Notes under the pieces: generated by a model
What the model was told of the DNA's origin: nothing
Seen by the model: only the letters and a program-made list of their open reading frames with translations
Database searches by the model: none
Translations under genes and position numbers: made by a program
Source: an uncultured delta proteobacterium
Lineage (GTDB): Bacteria; Myxococcota_A; Polyangia; Palsa-1104
Length of the DNA stretch: 64,000 bases
Assembly (NCBI GenBank): GCA_963785725.1
Contig: CAWAWS010000003.1
Location: forward strand, 192,001 to 256,000
Direction of reading: 5' to 3'
Shown here: piece by piece, positions 1 to 8,683 of the stretch
How positions within the stretch are numbered: position 1 is the first letter of the stretch
How the letters are laid out: each line of letters opens with the position of its first letter

Positions 1-82
1 CCAGGCTGATGCCGACGATGAGCGGCTTGAAGTGGCGAGAAGCGAAGGAATGGGGCCCCGGCGCACGATCAAAAAGGTCCAT
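1..82 (-). CDS. Possible 5' end of a gene running off the window (MDLFDRAPGPHSFASRHFKPLIVGISL...)
   Basis: ATG at 82 on minus strand, open to position 1, ends in a hydrophobic stretch; divergent from the serpin. Confidence 0.3.
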   Translation of the reverse strand, partial: MDLFDRAPGPHSFASRHFKPLIVGISL

Positions 83-314
83 TACTAGGACAAACCCGCA
101 TCCCGCTGAATGTTCAGCTGTGGACGAGGCCGCCAATCAACAATCAATAGGCGCAGTTACACGAGCGACACCGAAGGAGCGCGCGCGCCGTCACCGAAGC
201 TTAGCGACATGTAGGCAAGAGAACGTGACGATGATCTTTTGAAGGCACTCAGAAATTCGCCGCGCCGCGCGCCACCCGATGCGCGCAACCCTGCAAAATC
301 CCTCACGCTGGAAA

Positions 315-330
315 TGGCCCGGCGCGTGCT
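315..330 (+). promoter_or_regulatory. Candidate sigma54 -24/-12 promoter for the serpin
   Basis: TGGCCCGGCGCGTGCT has GG-N10-GC spacing, followed by GGAGG and ATG 368. Confidence 0.5.
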
Positions 331-367
331 CTTACGACGAAGACGCGCAGCGGAGGTCTCATTGGAA

Positions 368-1645
368 ATGCGTACACTCTTGTCGGTCTTATCGCTCGGG
401 CTCCTCGCACCATTGGCGGCCTGCAATGGCCAACAGCTCGGCGGCCAATTGGTCAAGTCGCGGCAGTCGCGCATCTCCGCGGCCAGCGTCGACCCGAGCG
501 TCGTCGCGGCGCAGGCCGCGGACAACACGCAGCTGGCCTTCGATGTTTATGCGCAGCTAAAGGGGACGCCCGGCAATCTGTTCTTTTCGCCTTATAGCAT
601 TTCGTCGGCGATGACGATGGCGTGGGCGGGCGCGGCCGGCAATACGGCGACGCAAATGGCGAGCGCGCTCGAGCTCAATCAGTCGCCGGCGAACGTCTTG
701 GGCGCGTTCAATGCGCTCGACGCGGCCTTGGCAAGTCGCGGTCAGTCGGGCTCGAGCGAAGGCGGCGGTCCCTTCCAGCTCAATGTCGTCAACGCCATTT
801 GGACCCAACAAGGCGCGCCGCTCGAGGCGCCGTTTCTCGACGCGCTGGCCGAGAATTTCGGCGCCGGCGTGCGCACCGAGAAGTTTTCGACCGCGCCCGA
901 AGCGGCCCGCGCCGACATCAATGCCTGGGTCGACGACAATACCGGCGGCAAGATTCCGACGCTATTGCAGCCAGGAACGGTCACCTCCGATTCGCGCCTG
1001 TTTCTGACGAACGCGGTCTATTTCGATGGCAGCTGGGATTCGGCGTTCGACGCGCAAGATACAAAGCCGGCGCCCTTCAATGCGCTCGATGGAACCACGC
1101 CGACCGTGCAAATGATGAATCAAACCTATTCGGGCAGGTATTCCCAAGGCACGGGCTGGCAAGCGATCGATCTTCCTTACTCGAACAACGCTCTGACGCT
1201 GACCGTGATTGTTCCGGATATGGGACAATTCGCGTCGATCGAGACGCAGCTGTCGGCCACGTTCTTGGCCGGCGTCCTTGCCGCGGAAGAGCAGGATCAG
1301 ATTACGCTCGGCCTGCCGAAGTTCACGGCGACGACGAAGGCCGATTTGGTGCCGACCTTCAAAGCGTTGGGACTGACTGACGCCTTTACCAGCTTGGCCG
1401 ACTTCTCGGGTATCGACGGCGCCAAAGATCTGGCGATTTCGACGATCGTCCATCAGGCCGTCATCGACGTCGACGAGAAGGGCACGAAAGCCGCAGCAGC
1501 GACGGCAATCGGCATCGGCGCCACGTCGGGAATGACGACGCAAAAGTCGGTTACGCTGACCGTCGATCGCCCGTTCTTCATTGTCCTGCGCGATATTCCC
1601 ACCAATACCGCGCTCTTCGTCGGTCGCATCACGCAACTGCAATGA
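368..1645 (+). CDS. Serpin (serine protease inhibitor), lipoprotein
   Basis: Lipobox LAAC; NLFFSPYSI, LTNAVYFDGSW, hinge EKGTKAAAAT, VDRPFF motifs; start moved to ATG 368 after GGAGG. Confidence 0.95.
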   Translation: MRTLLSVLSLGLLAPLAACNGQQLGGQLVKSRQSRISAASVDPSVVAAQAADNTQLAFDVYAQLKGTPGNLFFSPYSISSAMTMAWAGAAGNTATQMASALELNQSPANVLGAFNALDAALASRGQSGSSEGGGPFQLNVVNAIWTQQGAPLEAPFLDALAENFGAGVRTEKFSTAPEAARADINAWVDDNTGGKIPTLLQPGTVTSDSRLFLTNAVYFDGSWDSAFDAQDTKPAPFNALDGTTPTVQMMNQTYSGRYSQGTGWQAIDLPYSNNALTLTVIVPDMGQFASIETQLSATFLAGVLAAEEQDQITLGLPKFTATTKADLVPTFKALGLTDAFTSLADFSGIDGAKDLAISTIVHQAVIDVDEKGTKAAAATAIGIGATSGMTTQKSVTLTVDRPFFIVLRDIPTNTALFVGRITQLQ

Positions 1646-1664
1646 CGCTAAACCAGGGTTCGCA

Positions 1665-1691
1665 ATTCTCGATCGCTTCGCGCTCGAGAAT
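1665..1691 (+). terminator. Stem-loop downstream of serpin
   Basis: ATTCTCGA...TCGAGAAT inverted repeat 20 nt after the stop; no U-tract. Confidence 0.35.
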
Positions 1692-1945
1692 CGCGCCCTG
1701 ATTTAGCCTCGATCAATGAGGGCGTGCCGCCCTCCCCGAATGGGCAAAGCCCATTCGGGTCTTCTCCCTGCTCTCGGCGCGACTCCGCGCCGACGCGAGC
1801 TTCGCTCGCTCCAAAGTCCCGGCCTATCGGGAATTACGATCGGCCATTTAGGCCGGACGATTGGCCGCGATCCAAGTCACGCCGCGGTAAAGGTTACGTA
1901 AAGACCGCCAATAAATTCGCCCTTCGCTGCGTCTGTTCGAGCAAT

Positions 1946-3826
1946 ATGAGCGCAATGAAGGTTGGGCCTCTTTTCCTCGCTCTCGGCTGCTGCGCATTGA
2001 CAGGCTGCGCCGCCAGCTTCCCGCTGCCGATGACGGCGGCGCAATTCGCCACTTACGATGCGACGATGGCCGGACCGGCGCTGGTCGCTTATCTCGGTCA
2101 AGCCGACGCGTCGCCGACGGTTTGCGACATGGGCGCCAAAGGCCCGCACGTCGCCGCGCTCAGCGAGGAGCTGCGCGACGCGCTCGTGCGCGGCCTGACT
2201 GATGGCAAGATCGAGCCCGACTTATGGAATCGCTGCGCCAAAGCCGTTCTGCGCAGCGCGCCGCGCGACGACGCCGCCTCTTTCATCGACGCGGTCGGCA
2301 AAGGCTATCGCACGCTGATGCGAAGCAGTGATTTCGAGACGTCGGTGGTGTTGCAAAAGCGTCTACAGGCCATGGAGCAGTTCTATATCGATCGCAAGAA
2401 TCAGCTCCAAGGTCACGCGGCAGTCGACGATAAGCTCATCGCCGATCTGCGTAAGGCGCTCGCCAATCATCGCTTGGGGCCGATCGCTGCGCAAATGGGC
2501 GAAGACTTGGTGTCGGCGATCGATCTCGAGCACGGACTGTGGATGGGACGCCCGGTCGACGTGCCGCTCATCGATACCATCTATGCGCAAAAGGACGAGA
2601 AGACGTTATTGCGCTTCGGCAATCGACTGCCTTCGGCGGAGCTGCGCGACGCGGCGCGCCGGCGCGTCGTGCGATTGCATATCGCGGCGTCGCCGTTCCC
2701 CGAAGTGCGCGCGCAAGCGGCGGCGATCGAGGAGATCGTCATGAAAACCGGCGTCAATGCCATTTCATTGACGGCGAATCCGATTTTGCGTGGCTGGATC
2801 GATACCAATAAAGTGCCGATGCGCGGCGTGCTCGTGCGCCAACAATTACAGCAACAGACGGCGACGCTGCTCGGTTATAGCGGCGATCGTCCGGGCGTCT
2901 CGGTGTTGCCGGAGCTGAAGCTGCGCGGCGCATTGCTCGTTCAAGCCAAGGATATTTCGCAGCCGATTACGCTGTGCGCGCCCGGCGCGCTCGATCCGAC
3001 GCCGTGCATCTCCGTGCAGAGCGTCAAGCTGGAGAATCCCGCCGCTTATCTCGATAAGGGCGGCGCCTTTCATTTCGTCGAGCACATTTATATGCGCGAC
3101 GCCGTCAATCTGACGACGATGCACGATAAGTTCGTCTTGCCGGTGAGCATTGGCGGTCAGCGGCTTTGCTCGTTCGAGTGGCAATTGTATTTCGAGCGGC
3201 CCGCCGATCTCGTCTTCAGCGGATCGCAAGCGGGCGCCAATGGGCCCAATCTCGGCGTCGCCGTCGACTATCGCGATCCATTGCGATTCATTTATACGGT
3301 GGCATCGCGAACCGTGCCCTATTTGGCCGTCGTCGAGCGCGCCGATGCCTCGCTGTTTCACGTCGTGAGCCGCGGCGCGCCCGGCGAAAGCGGCAGCGCC
3401 GGCAGCGATGGCGCGACCGGGTCGAGCGGCAGCGAGTGCGGCGACGGCGGCAACGGCGGTGACGGCGGTCCCGGCGGCGACGGCGGTCCCGGCGGCAACG
3501 GCGGCGATATCGCGGTCAATATCGCGTGCGGCGCGATCAGCTGCCCCGACGTCGTCGCGCTCATGCGGCAAACGATCGTCAGCGTGGCCGGACCGGGCGG
3601 CGCGGGCGGTCCGGGCGGCAACGGCGGCGCCGGCGGCTCGGGCGGCTCGGGCCGCTCGCCGTCGACGCACACCGACTCCGACGGCAACACCGTCACCGAC
3701 GATCCCGGCTGCAGCGCCGGCTCCAATGGATCATCAGGCGCGAGCGGCGCGAGCGGCGCCGACGGACCGCCAGGCCTGCCCGGCCACACGCGGTTCACGG
3801 TCGTGCCATCGACGCCGCGCGCCTAA
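1946..3826 (+). CDS. Uncharacterised lipoprotein with C-terminal Gly-rich (GxxG/GGxGG) repeat region
   Basis: Lipobox LTGC after MSAMKVG; GAPGESGSAGSDG...GGNGG and GPGGAGGPGG repeats. Confidence 0.75.
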   Translation: MSAMKVGPLFLALGCCALTGCAASFPLPMTAAQFATYDATMAGPALVAYLGQADASPTVCDMGAKGPHVAALSEELRDALVRGLTDGKIEPDLWNRCAKAVLRSAPRDDAASFIDAVGKGYRTLMRSSDFETSVVLQKRLQAMEQFYIDRKNQLQGHAAVDDKLIADLRKALANHRLGPIAAQMGEDLVSAIDLEHGLWMGRPVDVPLIDTIYAQKDEKTLLRFGNRLPSAELRDAARRRVVRLHIAASPFPEVRAQAAAIEEIVMKTGVNAISLTANPILRGWIDTNKVPMRGVLVRQQLQQQTATLLGYSGDRPGVSVLPELKLRGALLVQAKDISQPITLCAPGALDPTPCISVQSVKLENPAAYLDKGGAFHFVEHIYMRDAVNLTTMHDKFVLPVSIGGQRLCSFEWQLYFERPADLVFSGSQAGANGPNLGVAVDYRDPLRFIYTVASRTVPYLAVVERADASLFHVVSRGAPGESGSAGSDGATGSSGSECGDGGNGGDGGPGGDGGPGGNGGDIAVNIACGAISCPDVVALMRQTIVSVAGPGGAGGPGGNGGAGGSGGSGRSPSTHTDSDGNTVTDDPGCSAGSNGSSGASGASGADGPPGLPGHTRFTVVPSTPRA

Positions 3827-3863
3827 AGCCAGTCGCGCCCGGCGGCGCAAACGGCGCGAACGC

Positions 3864-4712
3864 CTATTTGCGCGCGCGTTTCGGCGCTTCCGGCGACCGC
3901 CAGCCGCGCGCGATGACGTCGACCACCGCGCGCGCCCACGTGTCTGCCACGATGTCGCCGTCGACGAGCGGCGTCAGCTGCCGATCGATGATCAGCATCG
4001 ACAGCCCATGCACCATCGACCACGCCGGCACCGCCAGCGCGCGCGGATCGCCGTCGCCCACGAGCCCTTCGGCCTGCCCCGCGGCGACCGCGTCGACGAG
4101 CGTGCGCAGCGCCGGCTCGCCCGCCGCCGTCAGCTCCGGCGCCGCGTCATCGTGCAGCTCGCTGGAAAACATCACGCGAAAATGGCCGGGATGCGCGACG
4201 GCATAGCGCACGTAACCGCGACCGATCGCAAGGAAGCGCTCGATCGCCGTCGTCGCCCCGGCCGCGACGGCGCGCATCTCCGCGTCGAGCCCGACGAAGC
4301 CTTCGATCGCCAGCTCGACCAATAGCGCCTCGCGGCTGGGAAAATGGCGATACGGCGCCGCGTGACTGACGCCCACGCTGCGCGCCAGCTCGCGCAGCGA
4401 CAGCGCGCCCAGCCCCGATCTCTCGACGATCGCCAGCGCCGCATCGACGAGCGTGCGCCGCAGATCGCCGTGATGATACGGCTGCGCCAACCTCACCTTC
4501 GCCGTCGTCCTCGCTGCTTTCTCCGTCGTCCGCGCCGCTTTCTCCGTCATCTTCGGCGTCGCGTTCGTATTGGACGTCGCCTTCGCGGTCTTCCGCGCGC
4601 TCCTCGTCGCGTCTTTCGTCGGCTTGGGCGCTTTCGTCACCTGGCTCGTCACCTTCGTCGCGCGCTCCGTCGCCGGCGCCACGCGGATCCTCGTCTTCGT
4701 CTTGTGCGCCAT
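3864..4712 (-). CDS. TetR/AcrR family regulator (YHHGDLR type) with Lys/Thr/Ala-rich N-terminal extension
   Basis: YHHGDLRRTL, HTH LSLRELARSVGVSHAAPYRHF, C-terminal WSMVHG. Confidence 0.9.
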   Translation of the reverse strand: MAHKTKTRIRVAPATERATKVTSQVTKAPKPTKDATRSARKTAKATSNTNATPKMTEKAARTTEKAARTTAKVRLAQPYHHGDLRRTLVDAALAIVERSGLGALSLRELARSVGVSHAAPYRHFPSREALLVELAIEGFVGLDAEMRAVAAGATTAIERFLAIGRGYVRYAVAHPGHFRVMFSSELHDDAAPELTAAGEPALRTLVDAVAAGQAEGLVGDGDPRALAVPAWSMVHGLSMLIIDRQLTPLVDGDIVADTWARAVVDVIARGWRSPEAPKRARK

Positions 4713-4755
4713 CGTAAGCACCGACAATAGCACGACATCTGTCGTCACCTCGCCT

Positions 4756-4796
4756 GATGTTGACAGCGCCTACTTTATGTTTACACTGACAACATC
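4756..4796. promoter_or_regulatory. Probable TetR operator pair between divergent genes
   Basis: GATGTTGACAG (4756-4766) and CTGACAACATC (4786-4796) are inverted with one mismatch; second site ATGTTTACACTGACAACAT is itself near-palindromic. Confidence 0.65.
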
Positions 4797-4807
4797 TGGA
4801 GGACGAC

Positions 4808-6274
4808 ATGACCGCCATCGCTTCTTCGCTCGCTCCCGTCGCATCCGTTCCCGCCGTCACCGCCGCTGCGCATCGCTGGCAGCGCGCCTTCGACGATGTG
4901 CCGCGCCAGCATGGCTTCGAGCCGCTGACGATCGAAGGACGCGTGCCGGTCGGTCTGCGCGGCACGCTCTATCGCACGGGACCGAGCCTGTTCTCGACGT
5001 TCGGCCGCCGCTACGGCCACTGGTTCGACGGCGACGGCGCGGTCTCGGCCGTGCGCTTCGACGGCGGCGGCGCGGCCGCGGGCGCCGTGCGCGTCGTGCA
5101 GAGCCGAGGGCTGCTCGAGGAGCAACGCCGGCGCGCCCCGCATTACGCCGCTTACGGCACGCGCGCGCCGTCGCGCTTACGCGGCCTCGTCGCGGGCCTG
5201 CGCAACGACATCAAGAATACCGGCAATACGTCGGTGATGATCTGGCAAGGCCGCCTGTTCGCGCTCGTCGAATCCTCGGCGCCGACCGAGCTCGACGTCG
5301 AGAATCTGCAGACCATCGGCGAATCGCGGCTCGACGACACGCTCGTGCACAGCTTCTCGGCGCACCCGCATTATGTCCCGCAGCGCCGCTCCGCTTACAA
5401 CTTCGGCGTTCGTTACGGTAAGCGGACGATGCTCGACCTGTACGCGCTGCCCGACGAAGGCAAAGCGCGCCACCTGGGCTCGGTGCCGCTGGCCGGCGCG
5501 ACGATGGTGCACGATTTCATCGCCACCGAGCGCTATCTCATCTTCTTCGCGCCGCCGCTGCGCCTGCGTATTTTGCGGCAGCTGCTCGGCCTCGGCTCCT
5601 ACTCGGAGAATCTGCAGTGGCAGCCCGGGCACGGCACCGAGGTCATCATCGTCCCCATCGATCGCCCGGCCGACGTCCGCCGCTTCACCATCCCCGCGTT
5701 CTATCAATGGCACTTCGCGAACGCTTACGAGCGCGGCCAGGAGCTCGTCGTCGACTACGTGCGCTATCCCGACTTCTCGTCCAACCGCTGGCTCGGCGAC
5801 GTCATGCGCGGTCCCGTCCATTCGCACCTCGACGGCCAGCTGCACCGCGCGATCATCGATCCCGTCCGCGGCCAGCTGCGCGACGAGCCGCTCGCCAGCG
5901 TCCCCTGCGAATTCCCGCGCGTGGCCCGCTCCGCGCACGCCGCCGGCCACGTCTACGCCGCCGCCTACTCGGGCGACGAAGCCGCGCGCGGCATGTTCGA
6001 TTGCCTCGTGCGCTTCGACCTCGGCAGCGGCCAGACGCAGCTCGTCGACCTCGGCGCCGGCCGCTATCCGTCGGAGCCGGTGTTCGTGCGCCGCCCCGAC
6101 GCGCGCGACGACGAAGACGGCTGGCTCCTCAGCCTCGTCTACGACGGCGTGACCCACAAGAGCGGCGTCGCCGTCCTCGACGCGCGCGACCTCGACCGCG
6201 GCCCGCTCGCGACCGCATGGTACGACCACCACGTCCCCTTCACGTTCCACGGCAACTTCGCGCGCAACACCTAG
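4808..6274 (+). CDS. Carotenoid/lignostilbene cleavage oxygenase (RPE65 family)
   Basis: HWFDGDG, four iron-ligand His in SAHPH, MVHDF, QWHFAN, TFHG; SEPVF motif; GGAGG RBS. Confidence 0.93.
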   Translation: MTAIASSLAPVASVPAVTAAAHRWQRAFDDVPRQHGFEPLTIEGRVPVGLRGTLYRTGPSLFSTFGRRYGHWFDGDGAVSAVRFDGGGAAAGAVRVVQSRGLLEEQRRRAPHYAAYGTRAPSRLRGLVAGLRNDIKNTGNTSVMIWQGRLFALVESSAPTELDVENLQTIGESRLDDTLVHSFSAHPHYVPQRRSAYNFGVRYGKRTMLDLYALPDEGKARHLGSVPLAGATMVHDFIATERYLIFFAPPLRLRILRQLLGLGSYSENLQWQPGHGTEVIIVPIDRPADVRRFTIPAFYQWHFANAYERGQELVVDYVRYPDFSSNRWLGDVMRGPVHSHLDGQLHRAIIDPVRGQLRDEPLASVPCEFPRVARSAHAAGHVYAAAYSGDEAARGMFDCLVRFDLGSGQTQLVDLGAGRYPSEPVFVRRPDARDDEDGWLLSLVYDGVTHKSGVAVLDARDLDRGPLATAWYDHHVPFTFHGNFARNT

Positions 6275-6409
6275 TACCGCCTGTCATTACTCAAACGATC
6301 ACATTTGTATTTGGCTCAATATTCAAATAGCCATGTGACCATTGAAGCGCCGTTGCTGGGAACGACCGCGCGCGTTCCGTCGAATCAGCCGGCGCAACGA
6401 ATCGCGCGC

Positions 6410-6540
6410 CGCACTTTGAACACGTCGCGAACCTCGTCGAGCAACGCCGATGCTGCAGTCGTAGTCGCGTCGCGAGGCTGCCGACATAATGGCCGAGATG
6501 CAGCGGCCCGGTTGGTCGATAAGCTGTGACGACTATGTCC
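6410..6540 (-). pseudogene. trpS: Tryptophanyl-tRNA synthetase remnant
   Basis: VVTAYRPTGPLHLGHYVGSLATRLRLQ is a TrpRS N-terminus with HIGH-type motif; homology stops after about 30 codons. Confidence 0.7.
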
Positions 6541-6691
6541 GAAGGCGAAATGGAATGCTCGATACCCGTAACCGGGCGACCCCGCAAAGGCAAGCCCGAC
6601 GTAACTATGGAATGCGTGGCGCCCTTCTTTTCGACCTCGATAGCCGCACAGTGACGCCGACTTCCTTAGCAGTTTCAGGCATGCTCTCGCC

Positions 6692-7909
6692 ATGACCTGG
6701 TCACGCTCAGTCCTCGCCGCCGCCGCATGGGCGCTATTCGCCGGCTGCGCGCAGCGCGCCGCCATCATCGCGCCCGCAGTCGTCCCCGCGAAGAGTGCGT
6801 TCGCCGGCTACAGCTCGACGCGTTATGCCGATCCGACTGCGTGGGTCTGCTTGCCCGGTCGCGCCAACGATCCCTGTCTCGACAACCTCGACTCGACCGA
6901 GCTGCGCGACGACGGCTCGGGCGCCGTCGTCGCCGAGCCGCCGCCGGCTACGCCGCCGCCCGTCGACTGCTTTTACGTCTACCCGACGATCGACAACCGT
7001 GCCGAGCCCGGCAATCACACCGACTTCACCAACATCGAGCACATGGTCGGCGTGACGCAAGCGCAAGTCGGCCACTTTCGCACGGTCTGTCAGCTCTACG
7101 CGCCGCTCTATCGGCAAGTCACGATGGGCACCTATATGCAGTCGCAAGCCGAGCAAGACAAATACCTGGCCATTGCCAACGCCGATGTCGTCGACGCCTT
7201 TCGTCACTATATGAGTCGCTACAATCACGGCCGAAAGATCGTGCTCATCGGCCATTCGCAAGGCGCAGAGATGATCACGCGTCTCTTGAAGCAGCTCTTC
7301 GACGGCGACCAAGACGCGCCCATGCGCGAACAGCTGCTCTTGGGAATGCCCATCGGCGGCCATATCGACGTGCCGCGCGGCCAGCTCATCGGCGGCACGT
7401 TCACGCATATTCCCGTTTGCAGTCGTGCCGCCGAAACCGGCTGTGTCGTCGGCTATCGCTCGGTCGTCGCCGGCAGCGCCAGCCCGTCATTCGATGTCTT
7501 TCCGGCCGGCCACGTCAACGTCTGCGTGAACCCGACGGCGCTCGACGGCGGGCCCCATCCGACGACCCGCACGTATCTATTGATGACGGATCGATTGCGC
7601 GCCCACATGCCAAAGGCAAACGAGATTACGACGCCCTTCATTCTCTTGAACAACTATTACAACGCCGAGTGTGTCGAGACGCAGCCTGGTGTGTTCTCGT
7701 TGGCGATGAGCCTCGCCGTGCCGGCCAGCGATCCGCGCGCCAACCCCATCGACTTCGACGCGCGCATCTTCCGCGGCATGATGGGACTGCATTTAGTGGA
7801 CATGCAGCTCGTGCAAGGCGATCTGATCGACCTCATCGCTCACCGCGCCACTCCACATGCCGCGCGAGCAGACTCGAGCAGTCCACCGACGGCGTCCGGA
7901 CGACACTGA
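6692..7909 (+). CDS. DUF3089 family alpha/beta-hydrolase lipoprotein
   Basis: Lipobox FAGC; VDCFYVYPT, YAPLYRQ, GHSQG nucleophile elbow, CVNP, GLHLVD. Confidence 0.85.
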   Translation: MTWSRSVLAAAAWALFAGCAQRAAIIAPAVVPAKSAFAGYSSTRYADPTAWVCLPGRANDPCLDNLDSTELRDDGSGAVVAEPPPATPPPVDCFYVYPTIDNRAEPGNHTDFTNIEHMVGVTQAQVGHFRTVCQLYAPLYRQVTMGTYMQSQAEQDKYLAIANADVVDAFRHYMSRYNHGRKIVLIGHSQGAEMITRLLKQLFDGDQDAPMREQLLLGMPIGGHIDVPRGQLIGGTFTHIPVCSRAAETGCVVGYRSVVAGSASPSFDVFPAGHVNVCVNPTALDGGPHPTTRTYLLMTDRLRAHMPKANEITTPFILLNNYYNAECVETQPGVFSLAMSLAVPASDPRANPIDFDARIFRGMMGLHLVDMQLVQGDLIDLIAHRATPHAARADSSSPPTASGRH

Positions 7910-7958
7910 AGCATTTACTTCAGTATCGCGTCTTCCTTACTGAAGCAGCTGCTTTACT
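7905..7958. repeat. Intergenic ACTGAAG palindrome element, copy 1
   Basis: ACTGAAG-CATTTA-CTTCAGT (7905-7924) plus TACTGAAGCAGCTGCTTTACT (7938-7958); between convergent genes; second copy at 19890-19927. Confidence 0.7.
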
Positions 7959-7979
7959 ATTGCCGCGGGCGACGAGTCG

Positions 7980-8528
7980 TCATTGCGGCAAGCGGCCGGT
8001 GCTCATCGCGAACACGACCCCTTTGGCCAAGCTCAAGCTGCAGAACTTCATGCGGCCGCCGAAGGTCCAATTCTCGAAGCCGAAGCGGTCGCTGTTGGCG
8101 TCCACTTTGGCCGCGAGCACCGGCTGGCCGCTGGCGGCGTCGATGAAGCTGACCTCGCCCTGCACGTGATCGGTCCCGAATCCGCCCATTCCCGACCGTT
8201 GAATCACGGCGATGCGACTACGCACGATGATTCCTTGCGCGACCGTTTGCCCCGGCGCCAAGATGACGATGCGGCGCGCGCCCAGCTTCGACCGCGCGTA
8301 ATCCTGCACGCCGGCGGCATAAGCGGACTGCCATTTATCGACATGCTGAGCCCACTGATGCGCCTCCTCGACCGGCTCGGCCACGGCAAACGCCAGCGGC
8401 TCCACGTAGAATATCGGCGCGCTGGCCAACGCCGGCGCCGCCTTCGTTTGCTCCGTCGCGTGCATGGTGGCGCAACCGCCGACCGACAAGAGCGCCATCA
8501 GCGCCAAGGTCGAAGTCTTCATGGTCAT
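7980..8528 (-). CDS. Small lipoprotein, DUF4410-like alpha/beta fold
   Basis: Lipobox VGGC; C-terminal GEVSFIDAASGQPV motif; start at 8528 or 8522. Confidence 0.7.
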   Translation of the reverse strand: MTMKTSTLALMALLSVGGCATMHATEQTKAAPALASAPIFYVEPLAFAVAEPVEEAHQWAQHVDKWQSAYAAGVQDYARSKLGARRIVILAPGQTVAQGIIVRSRIAVIQRSGMGGFGTDHVQGEVSFIDAASGQPVLAAKVDANSDRFGFENWTFGGRMKFCSLSLAKGVVFAMSTGRLPQ

Positions 8529-8683
8529 CCCCGCGTAAGTGGAAGCTAGGCCAACAGACGCGGGAAATAGCATGGGCGTTGCCCCGAGCGGGACGACTCA
8601 ACTTTATTTGAGATTGGTGAATGAAGAGACTGGCGGGACGAAACGGAGTCTATGCAGACGATGGAGCGACGGTGCGGTGAATA

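Noticed and set aside
6540..6660. Possible T-box or riboswitch upstream of the trpS remnant
   Set aside because: A GC hairpin and a GCATTCCA repeat are present but no T-box consensus; needs an Rfam scan
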